Assembly: GCA_003971905.1 (NCBI GenBank)
Contig: RSEE01000083.1
Span: forward strand, 124,001-188,000
Reading direction: 5' to 3'
DNA from: Moniliella sp. 'wahieum'
Taxonomy: Eukaryota
Length of the DNA stretch: 64,000 nucleotides
The notes below the pieces were generated by a model. It saw only the letters and a program-made list of their open reading frames with translations. It made no database searches and was not told the DNA's origin. Each line of letters opens with the position of its first letter. Positions within the stretch are counted from its first letter, which is position 1. A program made the position numbers and the translations under genes. This document shows positions 10,467 to 21,694 of the stretch, one piece after another.

Positions 10467-12647
10467 ATGCGCATACCGCCACCACATGTGGGCGCTGGCA
10501 GGTGGCCTCGCATATGCACCCCCCGCTCCCACATTCTCCCCCCATCTCGTACGGCCCTCGGCTTGCCCAGACCCCTTCCCCTCAGGGTCCGGCCACCTGT
10601 CTCTGTGCTAAACACAAGGCTCGCCTCCACCCGCACCTCCCTCCCCCCCTCTCTGTTGACTCTGTTCCGACTCGGGCTTCTCCAGATTCGGCGACGGGGA
10701 AGAAGGCCGAGGTGAAAAAGGAGACCAGTGACGGCGTCCACGGTCGGATTCTTGCCCAGCTACGGCCTTCGGCAGGCAAGCCGAGTAACGGACCCCAAAA
10801 GCCGTACCCGCGTTGAGCAAGATGTGGAAACTGGCTACAACGCAGAAGAAGACCCTTTTCCTTGCATTGTTCCTACTTCTCATCTCTTCTGGTGTCACGC
10901 TCACGGTTCCGGCTGTGATTGGGCGGCTGATCGATTTGTTTGCCAGCGACGACGCCCACGCCTTTTGGGGACTCACGTTCAACCAGATTGCTCCTCTGTT
11001 GGTAGTTGCGTTTGCCATTGGTGCTGCATCCAAGGCCGGGAGTAACATTTTGCTGGACATGTCAGCCATTCGGTTGATCCAAAATCTGCGGCAGAGGAGC
11101 TTCGCTTCGGCGTTGCGGCAAGATGTCGAATGGGCAGACAAACATGCAGGCGACGTGATGAGCCGACTAAGCGTCGACACGTCCATCGTTGGCGATAGTC
11201 TGACGTGCGATGTAGGCGATGGCCTGCGCGCGGCCGTCACGGTCGTCGCGGCAGGATCGGCGATGCTTTGGATTTCCACCGACATTACATTTCTCATGTT
11301 GGGCATCATCCCCCCCGCTGCGATCGGAGCCGTGTGGTACGGTCGTTACATTCGTGGCCTCACCCACAAAACCCAAGATGCAGTAGGGCGAATGACCGAT
11401 GTCGCCCAAGAACGCTTGTCCCCGCCGCCTTTCGTACCATCACGGCGTACAATGCACAGCCTCGCGAAGTCGCTCACCTCTCGCGGTCAATCAAGGATAT
11501 TGTCAAGTTGCAGGTTACCGAGCCAAGGCGACCGGGTACTTTTATGCCGGCACTGGGTTTAGGAAACTGTGCCGTCCTCACCTTGCTCGCCTATGGTGGC
11601 TCGCTGGTTACCAAGGGAATCCTCACCACGGGCGATCTAACATCGCTGATGATGTACGCTGCTTACCTTGGTGGTGGCCTGGCCAACCTGACCAGCTTCT
11701 TCGCGAGCATCATGAAGGGCATGGGAGCTGGTGCGCGCGTGTTTGCCCTGATGGAGCGGCAACCTCATATCCAGTCGGGCAAACGACTCGAATTGCCCAA
11801 CAGCTCCCATCCTACCATTGAGTTCCGCAATGTCGACTTTGCCTACCCCAGCCGGCCCGATCGCGCAATCCTCCAGGACTTTACACTTACCATTCAGCCG
11901 GGCACGAGTGTCGCGTTGGTGGGTGCGTCGGGAGTGGGTAAAAGTTCGGTTCACTCCCTCGTTCTCCGCCTCTACGATCCAGATCGAGGCGAGGTCCGTG
12001 TGGCAGGACACGACGTGAAGGAGTACCCGTTAGATTCGCTTCGCAATCTGTTTGGTATGGTGGGACAAGATCCGGTACGTGTCTTGCTTGACTTCTGATA
12101 CAGTGGAGAGGTAGGGGGGTGGGATTGTGTTTGGTGATAAGGATACTAACTACCAAGTGGGTTTGGGCAGGTCATGTTTGAGGGCACGATTGCCGACAAC
12201 ATTGCCTATTCCCGCCCGGGCGCGAACGAGGCGGAGATTGAGCAAGCGGCCGAGGCAGCCAATTGCATGGACTTTATTCGTGCCTTGCCCGATGGCTTGG
12301 CCACCAACGCGCGCCAACTGTCCGGCGGACAACGGCAACGAATCAGCATTGCCCGTTCTCTCCTTCGCGGCGCACCGATCTTGTTAATGGACGAGGCCAC
12401 GTCGGCTCTGGATACCCACTCGGAACATTTAATCAACAGCACCATCCAACGTATTGTCGAGGCCGGCCAAGCGACGGTATGGATCATTGCGCATCGCTTG
12501 TCGACGATCAAGTCGGCCGATGTGATTGTTTTGATGGACCAAGGCCGCGTGGCAGAGATGGGCAGTTTTCAGCAACTGAACGTACCAGGAAGCCAGTTTG
12601 AGCGACTCATCCGCGCCCAGCTGACCGATTCGAGCAACCAATTCTAA
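10467..12647 (+). CDS. MDL1: Mitochondrial ABCB half-transporter (Mdl1/ABCB10-like), frameshifted, intron 12075-12170
   Basis: Arg/Leu-rich presequence, ABC membrane domain (LLISSGVTLTVPAVIGRLID; GDVMSRLSVDTSIVG; MKGMGAGARVF), Walker A GASGVGKS, Q-loop VGQDP|VMFEGTI, LSGGQRQRI, ILLMDEATSALD and IAHRLSTI. Confidence 0.88.
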
Positions 12648-13000
12648 ACGCAGCATATCCCAGAGGAGGCCCAAGAAGCCCAGCACATTTTGGCTCAGAG
12701 CGTAACAAATTCTTCCCACCTCTGAGGCGTCCGAAGAAGCACGGCGACACCACGACCACACATCTGCCAACCTGGTCACATCTGTATTGAGGCTGTCCGA
12801 TTCGCACCCGTTGTATGGACGGCGCGAAGCGGAAGGTCGGACGGCCGATCGGCTTGGTAGGGGACAAGACCACGCATAAACATCTTTCACTTTACTCCAC
12901 TACTTGTTTTCGCATGACATTCGCTACTTATTTACCCTTCAGAGTTGGCCAAAGGCGTACGAATCCAGTCCCATAGATCCAGCAGTGGATTCGGTATTCC

Positions 13001-13725
13001 TTACTTTCGTTTCCAGACGTGGACCTGTTCGATTCCAGTTCCCTTGCGCTTGTCCGACTGTTCCAGCGGCACCCCTTCCCAAAGGAGGTCAAAAGATGGG
13101 CTCAGCAGCTCCTTGTAGATGGCGGGGCTGAGGGAGAAGGAGGACCGCCCTCGCGGTCGCCATCGATGGGATAGACGAGCGCTAAGAGCACGCCCCCGGG
13201 ACGAAGAACGCGGGTATAGGTATTGGCCCATTCGGCTCGCATCGACGGGTGCAACGCGCAGAGGAACGTGTAGTCGTATGCCAACTCAAACGAAGAGGGC
13301 AAGGAAGCTGGAGCAGCATCAGTGCCCAAGGCGAAAAAATCTTGCGTATACAGTTGGATCCGATCCCGAACCACGGCGTCCTTGACATTTTCGTCACGCC
13401 ACTGCGTAGCCGCGTCGACAGCGGTGCGGGAAATGTCGACACCAAGAACAGGTGCGTACCCCTTCTCCGCCAAGAAGGCGGTATCGTACCCCCGCCCCAT
13501 CCCGGCCACAAGGGCAGGCGCAGGCGCAGCGGGCAGCACAGACCGAATGGGCGGATACGCCAACGCCCACGTCAGAGCCGGTTGGGGGCCCGCAGCGTCC
13601 CACGGCGTCCAGGCTTCTTTCCAGGCAGCGTCCCAGCCATCAAGCGTGCCCTTCGCAACACTCGCTTGCAAGCGCGCGTGCTGGGGGGGGATGCCGTCCG
13701 GGAAGGCGGAGAGAGGGGCGGACAT
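13001..13725 (-). CDS. SAM-dependent thiol/halide methyltransferase (TPMT family, HOL/HMT-like)
   Basis: GWDAAWKEAWTPWDAAGPQPAL, ALVAGMGRGYD, GVDISRTAV, QDFF, AYDYTFLCALHPSMRAEWA and LVYPIDGDREGGPP. A 1-bp shift leads to FSLSPAIYKELL...WKRK stop at 13001. Confidence 0.85.
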
Positions 13726-16700
13726 GGACGAGAGGGAGGGGCAGAAAAGGAGAGGGTGGTGGTAGAGGCCGATGACACTCGATCACATAGACGCAGAGTA
13801 GTCCAAGTTCCTCGGTCCGGATCTACCGCGTGGCCTGTGGGACCGCAGGCCATGGCCGAGTGCTCGAGCCAGGCAGAGATGAGCCGCATTGGTCAGTGTT
13901 CAATTGAACTTCAACCGTGAAATGTTCGGGCTGTGATACAGATGTGACATGCGACATTGCGCCCGTCCATCCAACGGGGGAGAAATATACGCAGAGGAGC
14001 GCGCGCCGCGGCCGAAGCTTCCCTGCCCATGGCATCTATATAGTCGGCCAGCCACAGACGGTACACTACCCGTGCGGAAACCGTTTGGTCCCGCTTCCCT
14101 CGCAGTCAAGAGTCGCGCTGGTCGGGAACTGAAGATGGGGTCCGAGCGTGGGGTGAATGGTCACTCTGACCACTACCCCTACAGGCATACCGGCATGACC
14201 CCCCGTATAGGCTACCATATTCGTCGACCCCCCCCCCGCGCACGATCGTGGCCGACATGGTGTGTGCCAAACGGGAAGAGGTCACCTTGATGGGTAGCTT
14301 GACTCGAGCTTTTTGCTCGACCTGCTTTCAATTTGTACCGTCCTCTCACCCACCCGCATGGCGTCCAGGCGTTGCTTATCCCGATCTGTATGGCTAATAG
14401 CCAGGTGCCTACGGACAAGAAGGACCATAAGATCGTGTACGAAGTGCGGGGGTTCCCCTCGGACCAATATGCACTACAAAGTGTACTGCTGCTTCATGTG
14501 TTCGCCTAGCTGAACCAACTGGGCGATAAGGGTGGACGACGCTGGTGGTGCTGCCGGCCGTGGAGTACAGTACCGTAGGGGCAGCCGGATGGATGATGTC
14601 CAACCCATCGGCGATTGACTCTGTGACTGTGCTGCACTCGAGGGTACAGTGGAAGCGATTGTTACGGCCCCAGCGCGAGTCAAGGCCGAGACGAACGTTT
14701 CTACCTCGGCTTCACCGGGGGAGGAGACGATCATAAATCATACCAGTCCTCCGAGCTCGTAGTTTGCGACTGACGGCGTACTTGGAATGCCTATTGAGCC
14801 ACCCTGCCTCGCCCACCGTCTTGCCCAAAGAAGCTGGTGTGCAAGGGTGACCCCGAGTAACCCACAAGAGCGCAGATCGCACCTCTACATCCGCATTCCC
14901 AAACCGTCCGAGTCGAGGGTGGCTCAGCAGGCCAAACGTGCGCCGTTACACCCGGCCTCTGATGCTACTCCGCCACCTATCAACCCAAGTACCTTGGAAG
15001 TGCGCAACTGCACACGGCAGGGCATACCTTTCGCCTGGTTGGGGACACGCGGGCGCCGCACATCATGCACCGCTGCTCAGTTTACGCCGTGGCGAGAAAC
15101 ATGGGATTCAGCTTGTGCTTTGGCACTGTCCCTCCTCCTGGAGCTGGCGAGCCCGATGGAGCCAGCTCAGCGTGGCGGGTGGGGCTGGGGGGGGGGGGGG
15201 GGCAACGGCAGAACGTATAGTGCAAACAAACAAAAAGCTCGCGGGAACGGAGGGATGTGCGTGTGCGTGCGCTGTAGCTTAATGGTGTGCTGATAGGAAA
15301 TGATTAACTATTTCATGACCAACGACCATTGCCTCTGTTGGCATCGCGTAGCCGATCCTCGATCATCTCGATCTACCTGTCGGTGAGGGTGCCAGGGGGG
15401 AGGGGGAAGGGATGAAGGCAAACAGATTATCTATAGAGACGCAGGGCTATGGCGCATTTGAGTATCTGGCCAGAGGGTTGGATAGATGGGGGTCGGGTGG
15501 GTTGCGACGGTGGCGGACGTGAAAGGGAAAGGAGGGGGGGAAGGAGAGCAAGTGTCGGTTGGACGGGACAATCGATCTGATCTGTCAGAATACACGAGCG
15601 CTCGATCGTGTAGAGCTCTGGAAGCGCACAGTTGTTGGGAGGGGGGGGCAGGAAGCATGCCAACTTGGTACACGCCAGAGTTCGCTGTGTGCTGTGTGGC
15701 AGGCATGGGATGGGGGATGGAGCGCAAGGAATGGAAGGAATTGAACGAATGGAAGGCATGGAAGGCATGGAAGGAATGGATGTGGGTGAGGCCGAGGCCT
15801 GAGGATATGGAGAACTCTGGTGGTGAATTCGGTCGGCGCACCAATATGCAATTTCAATTCGATTCGATGCTGATCCTACGTCACGCGTCACGCGTCACGT
15901 GTCATGCGTCATACACGTCGTGCAGAATGCGTAACGCGTTCCCCGGAAGAATGCGACCGCCTGCGACAGCTGAGCTCATCGCACTTGCCGCCAAGAGTCG
16001 CGAGAAGAACTGAGCACGCTGAGCTCGGCGCTGAGCCTGAGCGCTGAGACCGTGGCAGGTTCTGAGAGGCTGAGAGCCTGAGTACTGAACTGAGTCTGTA
16101 TTCTGAAACTGGATCTGAGATCTGACCGGTGACCGGTGACCGGTGACCCCATTTCCTCCCCCAGACACAACTGTCATATGCTCGCGTTCAATTCGATAAC
16201 CGGTAAAATCACAATGGCCCCTCAGTCTATGATCGGTTTCCGATTGTTGCCCTTATTTGGCCCCTGGGTCGGCTTGAGACCGTCAGTACATGTGCCGTTA
16301 CGCAGTATACTTGTCAGTAAGTACTAAGTACTAAGTGGCGTCACCAGTAGCGCCAGTGTAGCGCCTCAGCGGCCTCGGCCTCAGCACCTCGGCACCACTC
16401 ATCACTTCATCACTCTTGCGCATACCACGCCGCTGAAGCGCGCTTGTTGCTATTAGTACTGGTGCGATGTCAGTAATGCATGTCAATACTCAGGTATTCA
16501 GTCTTACTCAGCACCACAACGGCATTCCCCACGGTGGGCGGGCGAACGAGTGTGATCGGTGATCGGAAGCTCGGCAGGCTCGGCGGCCGGCGGGGAGAGC
16601 TGCCATTCTGCATTCGACGTCCACATATGTTCACAATCTTAATCATTGTACTCCAGTTGCTGGATCAGCCCGTGGATGTGGGGGATGGATAGCGCCACCG

Positions 16701-17210
16701 ACCAGACCAGGGTAGTAATGTCATCAAGTTTTGCTATAAAACGCGTCCTCATAATCCGTCGTAACCATCACCAGCAGCCTCTCTTCTTTGCGACACGCCC
16801 GCTATCCCGGCTACTACTTTTGTGCAGCTGCTAGGGCGCGCCTCTCCTTCCTCTTTTCGCTTCCTCTTCGCTTCAGCCTCAGCGCTTACTTGTTATATTG
16901 ACGCTCGAGCCCGCGTCTTATCCCCACCTAGGCAACCCAGCGCCTCAGCACGGCACAGAGCACAGCACAGCACGCAGCCTAACACAATCCCCCCCTGATT
17001 ATTGGACCACCTTTCTTCACGCCCCCCCCCCCCCTCTACCCTACTTGCTCCCATCGCCATCGCCGTTGCCACCATCATCAACCGCATTCAGATCCACATC
17101 TATCTCTGCATCTGCATCGCCATCTTTTGCTTCATTTTCAGTGTTGTATCTGTACCCTTACCCTCCAACACCCCGCCATCCCCATTCGTCATCTGGCATC
17201 TGTTCCCGTC

Positions 17211-20207
17211 ATGTCAACACTCGACCCCCTTGGCCGCCCAGCCTCTGTCATCGTCCCTGACAATCATGCACCTCAACCGCGCCCTCATCCGGACGGGACC
17301 TGGGGCCTGTACCACCCCAACCTCGCCATGTACCCCATCCTCCCAACCCCCAATACGCCCTCTCTCGTTGTACGCCGCATCACCGCCGCCCAGTACGCGT
17401 CCCTTCGAGCCCAGTTCGACCAAACCGATGTGCCTGGACCCATTGTCTTCCCTTGGCTCTATGGCGCAAACCAACACGAGTGCACACCCCCAACTTGCCC
17501 ATCATTTGCATACGGGCCCGCAGGGCGTAGCGCCCCCCAAGTTCCGTGGTATGGTCACTCTTCGTGCCGACATGCCCGCACCGCAAGACACCATTCTTCG
17601 TACTGCCCACCCGCTCACGTCCCTATCACTACCTCTTCCACTCCAGTTGGCCCTTTCTCAAAGGAGAGGGGGAGGAGGGATGTTTCCGAACACGTCCGAC
17701 CCAGTGGGGAGCGCACGGGTCCATCAGTACGCTTGCCTCGTCCATTGACAGTCTCAGTCGGTGTTCGGGCCTGTTGTCGCTCGGGGAACGCGCCAGTCTG
17801 GGGTCGACGACCAGTGTGGAGAGTGAAAGCGAATGCATTTCGCCTACGTCCAAAGCGGCCGAGCTGGACGAAAGCAAAGAGCAAGAGCCGTGGTCGTGCG
17901 AGATGGCGTCCTTAACTGATTCGGCATCTCCTCCTTCTGGCGCTCCCTTCTTGTCCCTGCACATTCAAGAGTTGGTGTGCCACTCGTGCGGCTTGGCCGG
18001 GGGTGAAGAGGATGCATAATCCCGCAGCCAAGTCATTCTCTTTTATTGGATACTTCCGATGCACGAAGGATTCTCTATGCCCCGGCTGACACTGGCAAAC
18101 GATTGGGGAAGTCAACTTCGAATGCTGGTTTTCAGACCGACAAATGCGAGGATGACACTCACACGGACACACAGGGCATGTCCGCCCGTTTTTTTCCCAT
18201 GGCTAAACCCCTGAAGCAAGATTTTACCCATCACCTGCGCAATTTTGCAGGACAGCACACGCTTTTCTCGCGTCTCTCTGATATCTTCATCTACTGTCCC
18301 GCGGGCCTTCACAGTGGCATGCTTGAACTTGCGCAGTGGGTTGCACAAGCTCAGCAGGCTCATCGGCGTGAAATCGCTTCAGTGTGGGGCGAAGCGGGTG
18401 CGTCGATGGAGTACAATGTGTTTGTCATTGAGGATCCATTTGATGCGTTTGAGCGCCATTTTCCCTCGCTCCTCGAGATTGGCGCCAACGGAGAGGTACA
18501 TCGTTCTCTCGATTTTACCGAGGACGAGCAAGAACTGTTGCGCTTGCTCTCGCAAGCTACGGAAGTGACACCTAACGTATTCGTACGTCCCCCCCCCCAG
18601 AACGGAAAGTTAAGAGAACAAGGATACTAACAGTGGCTTACTTTTCTTAGATTGGCGGTCCTGGCGATGCACCCCAAAGGTGCTACGATGAAGGAGAGCA
18701 CCAGGTGGCCAACCAAGCTGGATACGCGATTGTCATCCGTGCCGAGCACGGCATTAGTACGGCGGGCCCGAAACACCTACGCCATTCTACTCGGTACTTG
18801 GATGAAACGGAGGCACACGTGACGCAGGCGCTCTTGGAAGACCATTGGGAGGCGAGCGGAACAAGAGATGACGCCGTCTCGGTCCCAGCAGAGGAAGTGA
18901 CAGCATCCTGCCAACGCTACTGCCAGAGCGGCGGTCCTTTGAGTGAGCTGTATTGTACCGCCTCTGCTCCCACTGACTCGGTGGAGGTGGACAAGTGATC
19001 GATTTGGTCTTGTGGCTACACCGTATGACCGAACCTGATTTCTTGTCAGCCAGCAAGATGCCGGTCTGTGGCGGGCCTCGTCCGTTTTGCCTCCGACGCA
19101 CAGCCAATGGAGCAAAAAGATTCTGATTTACTCAGAGGATGGGTACATGGGCACAGCAGTATTGATGCTTACCTGGCTCATGTATCGCCACTCTTTCAAC
19201 CTGCCTCGCGCCATTGTCTTTGCCCATAACGAGGCTCGCCGCGAATTTCACCTTGAACCTGCCCAGATGCTGTTTCTGTTTCTGCTGCTTCCATCGAGGC
19301 ACGGTTGCATGAACGTCTGTGTCTCGGCCTGGCTCCCACGAGGCGGGCAAGGCTGGCCAGCCGCCACCGTTCCCATCGCCACGCTCGGGCTTCTTTGACG
19401 GACGGTCAAATCGCCGAGGAGTGCGTCCATCTTTGGAGTGCATCCTTTTTGTGCCCTCCTTTAGAGGAGGATGTGATCACAGAGGGGGAGTGGCTCAACC
19501 ACCCTCACTTTACTGGTTCGCTTGCCTCTCGCATCCTGCCCAATCTCTATCTCGGGGGGATGGAGCACGCGTCCAACCCGGGGATGCTCTGTGCCCAGGG
19601 TATCACTCATGTTCTCCCGTGGGCGAGTCACCTCTGAGCCAATCCATTCAAGATCAGGATGACGTGACCAACGCCGATCGTCCCGACCCAAACACGCTCT
19701 GGGGCGCTTACACACTGGGATTGGTGGACGTGTGTGAAATTCCCAGTCTGCCCGACGACGGTATCCAACCATTGGCCGGCGTCTTGGCCCCGGCCGTCGA
19801 CTACATTCACTCAAGCATACAGCAAGGCGGTACGGTGCTGGTGCACTGCCATGCGGGCGTCAGCCGTAGCGTGACGGTCCTCTTGGCTTACCTCATGGCC
19901 CATCGGGGGTATCGCTGGAGGATGCGTACTCTACACTCGCTCCCGTCGTCTTGCCGTGCTCATCCAGCCCACTCTGCTCTTCTTTTGGGAACTGCGCAAT
20001 TGGCAACTCCAGTGGGCCCGGAGCCAGGCACTCGCTACCCTCGTCGGACACGAACAATCTGAACGAGAACGATCCTGCCTCCCACTCGGACGACTCGGTC
20101 ATCGCACCTCACGACTCGCTCCCCTCCGGCCCCGCTCTGCGTCCCTCTTGGTTGTCTTGGCGTCATTGGTGGCCAAAGCCAATGTACGGTACGGATACCT
20201 TGCCTAA
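17211..20207 (+). CDS. PPS1: Dual-specificity protein phosphatase Pps1-like, frameshifted, intron 18583-18650
   Basis: Pps1 hallmarks VFPWLYG, LRNFAGQ..SDIFIY, degenerate first domain KILIYSEDGY, FTGSLASRILPNLYLG..HASNPGML, LPDDGIQPL, catalytic VLVHCHAGVSRS and MLIQPTLLFFWEL. Confidence 0.85.
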
Positions 20208-21095
20208 AAGGGGGTTCTGCTGGCAAACGCCTGTGTCCCGCAGGTGTCAGTTTTTTGTCTCCCCCACCCCGTGCATCTTCTTTGTATACTGTTGTTCTTT
20301 CACCATACCCGTCTCACTTGTTTTTTTCTCTCGATCACCACACGCATATCTTTCTTGTTCTGGGCCATATCTCCCTCCCCTTCTTGGCATTCTCTCTTTG
20401 TACCCATGCGACGTTCATATCTGCTGCAGTTTTACCATGCTGCTTTTCGCTTGGCACCTTTTGCATTTCTCCTTCTCCATATGTTTCTTTTCTCTCATCC
20501 ATCCTCATTTTTAGGTCACCAGTCACCGTTCATCAAGGTAACTGCAGTCCCAAGTGGCAGCCAAGCCGAAGCCTGACCCGGTCAAGTCTGCCCGTACCTA
20601 CTCTACTGTGTTAGAGTGAGCACCAGGGCGGCTTTCGAATAGTACTACGAGCTCAAACCGTCGACTTAGTCTGTCCGCCGTAGCACTGTTCACTGACCAA
20701 TCCAACAGCCCATGTCGTAGAGCGATTTCACCGAGCCAAAACCAACTCTATTGCAACACACAGGAAGAGGCAAGCGGCATAGAGGGTTGAATGATACCAG
20801 CCGTGCCAAACCGCCTCGGCTCGTAGCGGCATAGGGATCCTAGGGAGATGAGCACCAGCGATCCAAACACGTGCTCCGTCCGTATTGGCAACAGATCACC
20901 ATCGCGTACAGAGGCGTGCCCACAAAGGTACGTCGGCAGCGCAGATGGCCGCGTATTTTGGGAAGGGGAGGGCGGTATGATGGAGAATGGGTTAACGGGG
21001 GCGAAGGCGAGGGTGAGGAACGGCGGTAGCAAGCGCTGCTGAGTCGGCGAGTAGGCCAAGGAAGCAACAAGGAGACAACTTGATTCCTTGTTTGT

Positions 21096-21569
21096 TTACT
21101 CGTCATCGTCCTCCTCCTCCTCCTCTCCTCGGACTCCTCCTCAGACTCCTCCTCGGCCTGCTTCTCGAGGCAAGCAACAGCAATGCGGTCAAGGTCACGC
21201 ATGCCATCCTGCGAGATGCGGGCCGCCCTTGGGGTCCTTCTCCAGCACACCAATGCTCTCCAAAGCTTGGACGACCTCGCTGCACCGAGCCCGAGGCATC
21301 GGCGTGCTTCGAGGGGCGTACCCACGGTTCTGCGCGCCACCCTGGTACTTTCTGCAGCGCGCCAATGCCGACGCTCTTGCGCAGGTAATGTGGCGGGCAA
21401 CCGCGGCAGCGCGGACGTAGAACCACGTCTCGTCGTAGGAGCAAGCTCCTTGTAGGCACCCGTCTTGACAATGTCAACCCAGGTGGGCAGCTCGATCTTG
21501 CCCGAGCGGCGGAGGTGCTCGCGTACTCCTGGATGACAGGTCGGCAGCAACGTCACGAACGTTAGGCAT
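21096..21569 (-). CDS. RPS19: 40S ribosomal protein S19 (eS19), frameshifted
   Basis: [65 protein letters not shown] and [14 protein letters not shown], followed by an acidic tail ending in TAA at 21096-21098. Confidence 0.95.
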
Positions 21570-21574
21570 GGTGG

Positions 21575-21694
21575 CTGGGCAGCGGGCCAACAGGTCAGTC
21601 AGACGAGGAACGGAGACAGGCACACCACAACGCGTGGCCGTCGCATGGAGGATTACACGACGACCCGGCCAAGGCGAGGAGAGGGGGGACGCAC
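21575..21694 (-). other. Putative 5'-UTR intron of RPS19
   Basis: Minus-strand GTGCGT donor at 21694, CTGAC branch motifs, and a CCCAG acceptor 5 nt upstream of the ATG (cag|CCACCATG). Confidence 0.6.

Noticed and set aside
13020..13045. tRNA T-loop-like GTTCGATTCC
   Set aside because: It lies within the methyltransferase coding region, and I could not build a cloverleaf or find a D-arm/A-box.
4217..13725. Secondary-metabolite cluster (monooxygenase + ABC transporter + methyltransferase)
   Set aside because: The monooxygenase is housekeeping Coq6, the transporter is mitochondrial Mdl1-like, VPS16 lies between them, and there is no PKS, NRPS or terpene synthase in the window.
14938..15282. 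Small ORF ending in CAVA as a CAAX lipopeptide pheromone
   Set aside because: The ending derives from a (GT/GC) dinucleotide-like repeat, the start is not ATG, the ORF is too long, and no pheromone receptor or mating-type genes are nearby.
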